Source of the DNA: Octopus vulgaris
Lineage: Eukaryota
Direction: 5' to 3'
DNA: 64,000 bases
Assembly (NCBI GenBank): GCA_951406725.2
Contig: OX597815.1
Coordinates: forward strand, 212,164,001 to 212,228,000
The notes below the pieces were generated by a model that made no database searches, had not been told where the DNA came from, and was given only the letters and a program-made list of their open reading frames with translations. Below are positions 1 through 13,300 of the stretch, one piece after another (the stretch's first letter is position 1; every line of letters begins with the position of its first letter). Position numbers and translations under genes: made by a program.

Positions 1-308
1 CATGTCTTATTGCCAGGAGCATTGACCAGATTACCACCAACAGAGGTTTTAGGCACTGGCTTGGATGAGTCTTTTAAGTCTTTATAATCCTCAGAAGACT
101 GAGACACAAGCTCTGCTGAAGCAGAGCGTTTGTGTTGGATTGAACTACGGTAATTGTCACCATCAGACCCTGATTGTTCAGGATTTTCGGTCCTGTCCAA
201 TTGTCTTCTTCCTTCGCTATCACTTCGACGTTCCATGAACAAATCAATCTGCTTTTGTAGAGCAATTTGTCCTCGGCGCAATTCCTCTTGCTGTAACTTC
301 AGATCATC
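1..308 (-). CDS. RhoGEF exon, truncated by window edge (DDLKLQQEELRRGQIALQKQIDLF...HKRSASAE...)
   Basis: Acceptor ctgttttactctag; frame open to position 1. Confidence 0.92.
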
Positions 309-2911
309 CTAGAGTAAAACAGAAACATAAAAAAAAGTGAATAAGATTCTTTAAAAAGATTTGGTCAGATTTTAAAATTGAAGATAATATGTATTTGTAG
401 CAGACTTTCTAATATTCAACTAAAAGTTCAACAAGTAATTTAGTAGAATCATTTAACAAACTCAACTAACATTCCAGAAAATCAAAACAGTTCAGTATGG
501 TGATGATAATATGGAAAAGTGGATGTTAAATAATGATGATGACGCCGTCCATTGATGGTAAACATTAAGCAGCAATTCTCAAAGTGTTTCATCAAATATG
601 ACTCCCAAAATAACCAAGTCTAACCCAAGATATTTCCAGATTCGTTTATTCTGCTTCCATTGTGATGACCTTTCACTACCAACCTTTGGTATATTTCACG
701 TAGCAAATTTATTAGTCATTCATGCCGCCAGAGCAACCATCTCTCCTTCAAAGACCAACATTTTCTCTTGACTTTCAGTCAGCCTGTGTTCTAGCTTAAT
801 ATTGAATACAGAAATCATAGAACAATCCTTGCACAGAGAAAAAACTTTCCATTCCCAAACAAAAACCCACAACAGCCAATAGAGTTAGCCCTAAACTAAA
901 CCTACTTCATTCTCTTCAAACACAAACCATGTTATATACCTATATACAAAACTAATTATATCACCTAGGTAATTGAACTTCACCACCATTTTCATACCAT
1001 TTTAGCAGTCTATGGCTTCCAGTTTGGGGGGGGAGGTCTCTCAATACACATCATCATCATCGTTTAACGTCCGTTCTCCATGCTAGCATGGGTTGGACGG
1101 TTCGACCGGGGTCTGGGAAGCCAGGAGGCTGCACCAGGCTCCAGTCTGATCTGGCAGTGTTTCTACAACTGGATGCCCTTCCTAATGCCAACCACTCCGT
1201 GACTGTAGTGGGAGCTTTTTAGGTGCCAGGGGAGGCTGGCAACAGCCACAATTGGTTGGTGGCTTTTACGTGCTTTTTATTCATTTAATAACATGTCTCT
1301 TACCTTTTCTTTTTGAAGTTGCACAGAATCTCTTTCCTGATTTTCCCTATTTCGTTTCTTCTCCAGTTCAAATTCTTCACGTTCTCGCATCAACTCTTCC
1401 TACAAGTAGATATCAGTTTTGTTTCAGAAGTAAAAAAAAAATTTCAATAAGAGAATAAAATAATAACAACAACATTAATAATAATGGTTTTAAATTTTGA
1501 CACAAGGTCAACAATTTTACAGGAGGGTTATACCTTAACCACCCCAACATTGTTCTTTAATTTCTAAACCCAATCTATCTTTCCTAAAACGTTAGCCACC
1601 TGGAATTCCGTACTTAGGAACAGTGGTTTGAATGCTGGATATTTTCGCACAGCTGATTGGACATTCCGTCTGTTTTGGCAACAGAGCTTTTTGACGTTGG
1701 AGGCAAACAAACACAAGGATGCTAAAGAATAAAGATATAGAGAGAGAGGAGTGAGAGTGAGAGTGGAGAAACATTGCAATTTGTAAAAATAATCCTGATT
1801 GACAAACAATTCTCATCTTCTCTTTACCTCATACATGTAAAGGAAAATGTGCTTACATACATAAAGAAAGAGAAAGAGAAAAGGTGGAAGAAAAACATTG
1901 AAACATCCGAAACCAAAATAAATCCTTGTTGAATCAGCGACACCAAAAAAGTGGTGTCAAAACAGCCACATCACAGAACTAAATACTGCAGTTTATTTTG
2001 ACTGCAATTTGCACTGATTTTGACATTGACATTGACTGAAGCAATTTTTCTGTAGTAACTCATAGTACCTGCAGTGAAATCTATCCCATCCTTCCATCCT
2101 CAGGTACCGCTTCCATCGGTTCCTATCAGAACCAACCATCATCGCACTTTCCTGCTGGATTCCCAAGCATGACAACAGACTTATGGATATCATCCAACCA
2201 TTTCATTCTACCCTTGTGTCTCCAGCCAGTTGAGTTGAAGAATCTGTCTTATGATTCTTTCCTACAACATTCAAAGTATTCTGGTAGGCCATCTGCCAAC
2301 TTTGTAACAAGAAACCCTTTTCCACACCTTCTCTTAAGAAATTAGGGTTCTTCTTTCCACAGAGAAGAACATTCTTGGGAGGTGGAGAGAATACTTTGCT
2401 GATCTCCTAAATCCAGTCACATCAAGATTTCAGTCCAATGACTGAAACATGTAAAATTATAATTAACACATAAAAATATAATTACCTTAAGGTTGCGCAA
2501 GCCCTCTAACTGGGAATGTTTGTTTATTTCTAATTTCTCAGCATTCATCTTACAAATTGTTTCTTTGGCTTCAGCCAACTGTATTCTCAAACTGAAAAAC
2601 AAATCAGACTGCCATTAGAAGGGCATAACTTACAAAACATCATTTAATATTGTTAGAAGTATTACTATTAGTAGAAGGCAGCAACCTGGCAGAACTGTTA
2701 GCATGCCAGGCAAAATGCTTGGCTGCATTTCATCTGCCTTTAGGTTCTGAGTTCAAATTCCACCAAGGTCGACTGTGCCTTTCATCCCTTCAGGGTTGGT
2801 AAATTAAGTACCAGCAAAACATTGGGGTCAATGTAATTGACTAGTCTCCTCTCCCAAAATTTCAAGCTTTGTGTTTTAGTAGAAAGAATTATTATTATTA
2901 ATAGCTGATGG

Positions 2912-2953
<42 letters not shown>

Positions 2954-4773
2954 CAGAAGTGTTAAGGTCACTACCCCTGGTAAGGAGGATTAGCCTACAA
3001 GAGTCTTGTGCCAGTGCCAGGTAAAAGCACCCAGCACACTCTGTAAAGTGGTTGGTATTAGGAAGGGCATCCAACCATAGAAACCACACGAAATTAGATT
3101 AGAGCTTGGTGCAGCTCCCTGGCTCACCAACTCTGGTCAAACTATCCAACCCATTCCAGCATGGTAAACAAAATGTTAAATGATGATGATATCAGTTATT
3201 CTTACTGAATGCAATTCATCAAATGCAAGTTGTATAGTTTTACAGGTGAAAACTGGTGACAGAAAAGGAATCTCCCACAAACCTGTCACACACAAATAGA
3301 GCTTCACACATGCACACGCACATATATTTTAAGTGCAGGTATGGCTAAGCAATTAAGAAGCTCACTCCCCAACCACATGGTTTTGGGGTCACCCACAACA
3401 TAGTACTTTGTGCAAGTGTCTTCCACTATAGCCTCAGGACAACCAAAGTCTTGTGAGTGAACCTTGGTAGGCAAAACCAAAAGTCCATCATGTGCATTTG
3501 TAGGTTTGAAAGTGATTGTGCCCCACCTAGACAGGTAGGGGAAACATTTTAACAAGATACACCTAAATGCTTGCAAATTGGTAGTTGAAGCATTTAGTAT
3601 TAAACCCAAATTTAAGGAACTGCCTGATTTAATTGAAGTGTAAATGTACCATGTTATTTAGTCAGTTCTAAATTGCAAGAAAAAATTTAAAATATGCTAA
3701 ATAGAAAAATTAAAATTAAATTAAAGGAATTTGATACATACTCTTCAATTGTAGTATTCTGTTGACTTGATAATTGCTGTAAAAGAAATAACATGAAGAA
3801 TATGAATGTTTCACTCTTAATTAAACATAATTTCATTAATATGGAAATAATATCTTGTTGGTAATAGCAGACAAATAAACCTTTGTTTGTGAATTACAGT
3901 TCAATATTTTAAATATTCTTAACAATGCTTAAAAATGAAATAATTTTTATTTAAATCAGAAATCATATAAATTCTTAAAGCAGAAACATTCAGAATGCAG
4001 GAAGTAAATTCTTCACAATATTTAATGGAATTCAAGTCAATTAACTGAAGACATACACATGATGTAGTTATAGCTACATTGGAATAACCAAACAGACCTG
4101 ATATAGTAGTAGAAGCATAACCACTCAACACACGTGCATATACTGTGTTTAACACAAAACCAAACTACAAAACCAGATTGATTTCATTTGATAAATCAGA
4201 TGCCAAAAACAACAAAATGAAAGAAGAGGAGGCCAGAATAAAATAAAGCTGATAATATGATGTTCTGCCATAAATAGAAATAAATACAAAATATCAGAGT
4301 ACAATAAATAATCACAGATTTAGTTCTGAAGACAGATTTATAAACTATACTTTTATAAACAGAGCGGATTTAGACATGTTCAAAGAGATTTTGAATAGCA
4401 ACTTATCAATCAAGAAATCTTCTTTACTTTTACTTCAGAATTATAATACTTAAGTAGCATACTTGATATCCTGAATTAGCTTTGCTTGCTATCGACAACA
4501 GTGTTTCAATCTATATAGTATATTCTATCAACATATTCCGTTTCTTTGTGGTATCAATCCAAGAACTAAGTGTATTAGAAATCATGATTGGATCATTTAT
4601 GTCCATAGGTACAGGAATGGATGCATGGTAAAAAGTTTGCTTCCCAACTACATGGTTTTGGATTCAGTCCCACTGCATGGCACCTAAGGCAAGTGCCTTC
4701 TTTCTACTATAGCCTTAGGCCAACCAAAACCTTATAGGTAGATTGACACTGAAAAAAGCTTCTCATATATGTA

Positions 4774-4814
<41 letters not shown>

Positions 4815-6772
4815 TGTGTAAAATATTTTTTTCAGAATTAACAATCATTTTCCTAATTCCTAATTTACATACACTTTTATCCAGTGTACTCAGCCTTACT
4901 GTTGTCTTGGTGGCCACCAAAATGATAGAAAAAAAGAACAAAGCCTTTTTTTCTCCCCAAACTTTACTCTTGTGAGTAATTTATAATCAAAAGCAGGAAT
5001 ATGAAGGAGATCAAACCATCCTTTTAAACTAACAAAAATGTTCACAATCAAAGACAGACAGGGTTCAAGTAATTCCTCAAGATGTAAATAATGTGGCTTT
5101 TTAGATCATTTTTTAAACTTCTTAGTCATATAAGTATAGTAACTGCTTAGCAAATTTCGCTTTTGCATTGGAAAATCAAGTTGAATTGTGTAATTTCTCA
5201 GCATGATTTTAACATTTGACAAGCACTATTTGAACAGACTTATCATAACTACTGGTACTTAAACAGTCCAACAACACAGCATTTGAAAAAAATTGATGTA
5301 TTTTCAAACATATGCAAAATCATTTAGAACAAATTTAACTTCATGACATTTGCATGTTAAAAACATAATCTGAATTACTGCTTGACACAACATATATCAT
5401 ATACAAGTAAAGAGAATGTCATCTTGAGAAGAAGAAAAAAAAGGTGGGGAAATGAGAAAGAAAGACTGCTTTTTTTTTTTTTTTATAATATTTTAAAATA
5501 AACTGAAAATTTTTTTAAGCCAATCAAAAACATTCCTGAAGCTTTTTCAGATTTTGACCTTCAAATTTCATGTGAAGTTTTTTATGATGACATCAGTGAT
5601 AATCCATAGGAAAACCATTTCTTTTGAAATTGTAATTTTTCTGAAGCATGTGCATACCCATCGCTGAGAGGGTGCATTGGATGGCACTGCCCCCCTCACT
5701 ATTCAATGGTGCCCCCTCATATTCAGTGAGGCACTTCTTTTGAAACTCCACTTTAGTATTATTACAAATTAACCCTTTCGTTACCAACCCAGCTGAAACC
5801 AGCTCTGGCTCTATAGTACAAAGGTCTTGTTTTCATAAGTTTTGAATTAAAATCTTCCACCAAACCTTAGACACAATTTATGTTCCTAACACTAGCTTAA
5901 TGACAACTAAGTTATTTTACTAAATTCTTTGTTATATTTAAAGTAATTAAAAGAAATACCACCTCACCAACAACAACAACACTGAACACCTTTTTGATCT
6001 CCATGTGTCCAACACACATGGACATATTTACAAAGTCAGAAAACAGCACAGCTCCCATGACTTTCGTAAACATTTTTTCACGCTCAGAGTTGCTGAAGCA
6101 TGGAACAAACTGCCTGCGTCAGTTGTTGACTGCCATGACACTGCATCCTTTAAGGCCCTCATGCTTTCCGAAATCCGCCGAAACTACACCTGATTGTCCC
6201 CCTTCCATACTCATACACATATGTGTATGTCATGACTCATGCACTGTTCTTTTCCTGACGCTTGTACATTACCCTATGTACTATACATACACTTTAGATG
6301 AGTTGTAGTGCACCTGAGCACTGTACACAATGTTTTATTATTATTATTATTAGAAATACAGTAACAAAAAGGTTAATGCCCACCCACAATATTCTGAAGC
6401 ACCGACAGGAACCAAAGTCTGGCAATGGGCCTGAACATGTGATTCTTGAAGTGATATAAAGTATACAGAAGATGAAGTTTTAAGAGAAAGCATCAACAAA
6501 CCAGATTCTTTGTAAGACACTTTTCAACTCATCTACCTTGAGTGTTGCTTTCTGTTATTCTTTTCATACTCTTTTACTTGTTTCAGTCATTTGACTGTGG
6601 CCATGCTGGAGCACCACCTTTAGTCGAACAAATCAACCCCAGGACTTATTCTTTGTAAGCCTAGTACTTATTCTATTGGCCTCTTTTGCCGAACCGCTAA
6701 GTTACGGGGTATATAAACACACCAGCTTCGGTTGTCAAGCGATGTTGGGGGGACAAACACAGACACACAAAC

Positions 6773-6803
<31 letters not shown>

Positions 6804-7278
6804 CGATGGGCTTCTTTCGGTTTCCATCTACCAAATCCACTCACAAGGCTTTGGTTGGCCTGAGGCTATAGTAGAAGACACTTGCCCAAGGTGTCACGCA
6901 GTGGGACTGAACCCGGAACTATGTGGTTCATAAGCAAGCTACTTACCACACAGCCACTATGACAAAAAGTAAACAATCTTAACTATGGAATGAAATTCGA
7001 GACATAATAAACTACCGATATTATTGCATGTATGCATGCACACACACACACACACACACACACACAACACATCATTATCGTCATTTAACGTCCATCCTCT
7101 TTCCCTGGTGGCAAGGGTTGGAAAGCTTAACAAAAGCAGGCAAGTCAGAAGACTGTAGCAAGCTTTACAGTTTGCTTTGGTATAGTTCCTACAGCTGCAA
7201 ACCCTTCCCAACGCCAACTACTTTACAGAATATGCTGGGTGCTTTTTTTACACAGCAACAGAGGTCACCAAGAGTAGT

Positions 7279-7316
<38 letters not shown>

Positions 7317-10300
7317 TTGAAATTTATAGAAAAACAAAAGACAAAGACAGATGTATGAACAACAAACAAGTGCATTAGTTAGATGCACAGGAAAAATGAA
7401 AAAGTCTTTTATGTTTTGAGCCTTTGCTCTTCAACAGAAAGGAATAAGAGGAAATAAACAGAGAGTAATGAAAATAAGATGTAGAGTTCAGCGTGTCTTT
7501 GCAATAGATTATGTCTACAATTTCATTCGATAATTACAACTTTACATATAAAGCAAAGAATAATAATAATGAAAATGATAATAATAATAATGAAAATGCC
7601 CCCAACTTTCAATTTTGTTCCACTGTTAAGCAGTCTTAGAAAAAATATAAATTATAGCATTATAGACTGTTTTCAATTTCTTTTCATACATAGAAGACAA
7701 CAGAATAATTATATACATTCTAAAAGGATTTGGAAAAACAATGTTCTACTCACAAGGAAACTATGGAGAAAATGATAAATTTGTGCTGTATTCTGATCTA
7801 AAGCAGTTGGTGGTGGTGTCAAAACAGTTGAGGTATCTGGATTTGAAGGGACAGGCGGTAGATCAATACAGCTAACTAAGGCCATTCCTGCTAAATTAAC
7901 TGGTTGATTATTTGTGTCTGTACTATCAAGTGTGTGATGTTTAGGAACCAAACTTTGAAGATAACCTGTGCTCTTTCGGTTGTTCATTTTCATGGAGTCC
8001 TTAAAAAATTAAAAGATAAAAATAAACATAATAAAATATGAGATTTTGAAATTGTACAAATTTCAAAACAAAACCCAACTGAGTTCTACCAATTTTTCCC
8101 CCACTGATTTAATGCTTTAGCGTTCAGAGTACTCTGCCAAAACTAATGTTTATTTATTCACATTGTTTTAATGCAATTATTTTTAGAATGACATTGTAGG
8201 ACAGGTGTGAGAGGTCAGATATGACTGCTTTGCACATAAAAAGCTTGATAGGGTTGGTGAAAATGACAGAATTTTTATGAGGTTCAAAGAGATATTAAAA
8301 AAAAATCTGGCTAAAAATTCAAAATGGCAGCCATCAAAATATTCTCAATAATATTAAGGATAAACAATGAAAACTGGTAGAAAGTTTATCTCACCTTAGA
8401 ACCGGTGCTATCACTTTCATGTAGATTAAACATACTGGCACTGCGACCTTCCTGGTTCACATAAGAATGTGGACGTTTCTGACCAGGATCTAAATAAGAG
8501 TCATTTTAAAGAATTAAGACAAAGCAAAAAACAGTTTTAATAAACTTTGCATGAATATTTCTTCCTTTCCAGTTTAGTTAGAAAACTCAAGTCCCCCCCA
8601 CCCAACTCTGAGCAAGAACTGCTTTGTTTTGTTTTTTCTTTTTTTTTTTTTTTTTTGAGGGTGGGTTTCCTTTGTGGTAAACATCTCGTTGTTTGAAACA
8701 TCAACATACTGGTACCAAATTTTAAATAACTGTTTTAGAATTGTGAAAAATACATTTTTATAAAAATCAATGAATTCTTTGTGTATGCCCGTCAGCCCTA
8801 TTATAAAAATATGCCTATTTTCTTATAAATTTTTCAATATTTTTGCAGAAGTTTCCAAGAACCACTAACAAATTCTATGTTTATAAACTTAAAATACTTA
8901 CCAAAACTTTTTCAGAAATTATGCAAGAGAATAGCGCTATTAGGGTAGTTGTCTTTGTAGACACCAAAAATAAGAATTGAAACACAGTTCTAAATTTAAA
9001 TTCTAGTTTCAGTATCATATTTGAAGATTTTATAATGACTTAAATATACATCTGATGTTTTTAAATTTTATAACAAATTAAGTACCTAAAAATATATTTT
9101 ATTTTTAAGGTTTTCTCTATAAATTTTCTATAGGATTTAGAACTAGCACTGTAAGTTATGACATTTCACTAAAAAATATGTTTATGTAAACAATGTGATC
9201 AAGAATAGAAAAATAGGTAATGTGTATATGCATATTTCAAGTATAATTGTCCTCTCATCAGTACCTCACCCAACCTACCAACTATTCAAGAACATATTGT
9301 TAAATATCCATTACATTTAGTGATGTAACATAATTGGATGATCAATTTTCACTAAATATTTACATTATGGTAAGATTTATAATTCAAGAGAAATATCTCG
9401 TTAATAGTGCAGCAAATAAATAAGAGAGGACAAGTCCATGCCATAAAGCCTATGCATAAAACTGTCGATAAGCAGCTTATTAATGAACAGCTGCAGTTCA
9501 GAAGAGCAAAGAAAGGAAAGTGAGAAGTGTCACTTTCCAGCAGTCAGACAGGTGCTAATGAAAAAAAATGCATGCTTAGTGAGAAGAATATTTATTTGCT
9601 TAGAGAAATATCAGAGGTTCAAGAGAGAGAAATGTGAAGAAATAAGATTTGTGGCTATTTGGTGAAATATAAAAATAAAAACAGAATACATTCGTGAGAA
9701 TCAACAAAACAGAAGAGAATGAGAATGGACATTCCTTCCTTGTTTTGGATACCACAAGCATATTCAGTGTAAAATTTTAAGTCACTATTCAGATATATTA
9801 ACCAATAACTTAGAATTACTGAAAGTTTTGGGCAATTTACATTTAGAAATATTATTTTACTCACTGAATCAATGCTACTAGAATTATCTATGTTACAAAA
9901 AAAAAAAAAAAAAAAAATTGCCCTATATTTATACACTATTAAAAATGGTTTTAATATTTTCATAAAATTTAATTAAGAGGATTAATGATGTTTATTAGTA
10001 TATTATTACATTAGTAAAAAAAACAAATTTTTTAAGCAAAAAAATAAATAAAAATAAAATACAGATAAAATTCACCAAGAACCAATTTGTTAGTGAAAAC
10101 CCAAAAAAAACAAATAATAGCAACAAAAAGAACAGTTATGCTTCGTTTCCGAGGAAATTGAGCAACTCCGAGGAAACTGAGCAACTCCATAACAGAAATG
10201 ATCACTAGATTTAAAGGGATCAAAATTAAGAGTTAAACCAGGCAAAGCAAACCTCAAGATTTCGGTTTTAATGTTTAATTTATTCCAGATATTCATCAGA

Positions 10301-13300
10301 AATATCCAATGTAGCCAAAAGAGAAGATTGTAATAATGAATAAAATTTTAATTACAAATTTACAGAATATCAATAATGATAATATATAGTGAGATCACTT
10401 CAGTTATGGAGTTTAATTTCATCGAAATTAGTTTCAAATACCAGCAGTTCAGCTTCAACCATACCCAACAGTTAACATGAACAAAAACAGAGAGAGAGAG
10501 AGAGAGAAAATTTGGTGCTTAGAGAAAGAGAGAGAAAGAAAACCTTTCAAAAGTGTCACACATCAAAATGACTTATAATATTTGCAAATGTTTATTGATT
10601 TCATAAAAAATATCCAATGTAGAGTTTTCAAAAAAAATCAAAATTCACAAATAAATTACGTTAAACATTTTGCAAAAGAAAACTAATTTCACATCTAACA
10701 TAAAGTCTCTCTACTCCACATCCAGAAGCTCAAAGTAGATATCATAATTTGCTCAGTTTCATTTTTCAATACAAATAGAGAAAAAAAAAAAAAGTGTTCA
10801 AACTATCGATACTACAACTGTCATCACAAATAACGGTAACCATCTGCTCCCAGAGTGTGGTCAGTGTCAAGAGTAAGCAACAAGCAAGGGATCAGTGTTT
10901 TTTTTTTTTTTTTTTCAAGGTGCCAACATGCTTCGTTCTTTAAAGAGGAGGGGAAGAGCTTTGTGCAATTTCTTAAGTGACTTTTTTTTCAGTTAGGTGT
11001 TAATATATATAACAGCAAGCAAACCTTACCTTTCCTTAAATCACTGTCAAAACCAGCAAATGTTTCTGCCCGTTTGGGCACAGCATGTGTGCTAATACTA
11101 CTGCCTAAGTGCTCGGTGCCGCCCCCTACTGGAGACATTAAGCACGCACAGCTTTCCTGTAAGTCTTTTGTTAGCTTGGTAACTGAAGGACAACGGTAAA
11201 TACTAGTCAGAAATGTAGGAAAATAAACTGCCAAAGCAACAAGACAGGGAATGGCTCTGGAATATCTTTTTTTTAAGCTCAATTTCCAAAGGCAAGAGGT
11301 GTTGGTAGGTACTAATTAGGATTTTATATATTCTATATATTTTTTTACCCTCTGAATTAAAGAAAAAAAACGTAAAACAGAAAAATATGCTTATCCTAAA
11401 ACAACCTTGTTTTAAGGTAAGCGCTTACAATATGAGGGTTGGTTCGAAGTCATTTATTCCCCTCTATTTCTGAGTAGTTTCCCTGGAACATAAGATTTTT
11501 AAAACGTCTAGGATTGTAATTGTGCAGATATCCTGATATTTTCACTATGAAGGACTCCGTTTATTTAAACTAGTTTTCCTATAGACCCTAGGTCTGTTAA
11601 CTTATATTCACGGGCCCCCAGCTTTGCGGACCAGAAGTTGGGAACCACTGATCTAGATAATCGAGGATTTCAACGCGCAGATGTGCGCGTTGGGGGCATT
11701 GAGTCTTGTCACCAAGTTCTTTGTTAAGATATTTTGGAAATGTCTTTTAGATTACCTATGGAAGATCGACTGATGATCATGATGATAATGATGATGAACT
11801 TAGGGATTTGGGCATGAAAGAATATGTTGCTAAAATGTAACAACAATAGCTAACTTAACAAAATGAAATGGTCATTGAGAAAACTAGTCTAAACTAACAA
11901 TTGTTTGAATCAAAACTACCAACCAGACATAGCATAAATGCAGCTTGCAATATTTTTAAACAAGCTGGCCTCCGTGCCGATGGCACGTTAAAAACACCAT
12001 TCGAGCGTGATTGTTACCTGCGTTGCCTTACCGGCACTTGTGCTGGTGGCATGTGTAAGAAACATTCAAGGGAGGTCATTGCCAGTGGACTGGCTCCTGT
12101 GCAGGTGGCACATAAAAAGCACCATTTGAGCGTGGCTGTTGCTAGTACCACCTAACTGGCCCCCGTGCCGGTGGCACGTAAAAGTACCCACTACACTCAC
12201 GGAGTGGTTGGCGTTAGGAAGGGCATCCAGCTGTAGAAACACTGCCAGATCAAGATTGGAGCATGGTGCAGCCATTTGCTTCACCAGACCTCAGTCAAAT
12301 CGTCCAACCCATGCTAGCATGGAAAGCGGACGTTAAACGATGGTGATGATTGATATTATTATTAACATATAAAAATATATAAGGCAATGAGCTGGCAGAA
12401 TCGTTAGCATCTTTCAGTATCTCAGACCAGAGCGATTTTATGGAAAATGTTCTTGTGCCACAAAGTTATTAAAGAATGAGATGCTTTCATGGATCAAAGA
12501 CAGTAGAATACAAAATGCTGATTGATGAGTATCCATGGGGGGGGGGGGGGGTGAACAGGACTTCATTTAAAAAGTGATTCAGCTAGACTGATAATCCACA
12601 ACCATATCACCATGGATACAAATGACTACAAGGAACGATGTCAATTAATGTGGTTTTAGATATTACGATTACATGTGACACACAAGTTCTAATTTTCAGA
12701 AAACGTTATTTAGACTGTGGTGACTCCTTCTTAATATTATTATTATGTAACCTGAATAAACAAACTTAAATATAAGGGAAATTTTTTTAAAATTGTTTAA
12801 AGGGTTGAACCTAAAAATTGTCATTGACATTCACCTCAATAATACTTAATTTTCTCAGTACAACATTAGACCTGCCAAGAGTGCCCATTAAAATTGAAAG
12901 GATGTTATGACGTCTGGCACTCTGTGAGCCACAGCAGTGAGTGTTCCAGTTGATCCAATGAATGCAGCAGCTCAGACCTCCACAGACATAAATACCGTTC
13001 ATGTAGTTCTCAGGGGGATTCAGTATGATACAGGAAGTGACAAGAGTTGTACCTGTAATTACAGGTACAACTCATTACTACTCACATTACACATCCAAAG
13101 ATGTTAGCTCCCAACAATGGAGCAGCTAATATCATTAGGCTTCTAGCAACACGTCTGCTTATTATAAATAAGATCCAAGATCGATTGTTATAGGATGATA
13201 CAAAAATGCTGGTCCTATTAGGTCGGTCTGAGAGACTCAGGACAGAGAATTGCTAGATAAGTGAAAAGTATTATAGAAGAGTCTGAATGTGACAGAAATT

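Noticed and set aside
10150-10188. 19-bp tandem duplication gaggaaa(t/c)tgagcaactcc
   Set aside because: Two copies only; ordinary slippage duplication.
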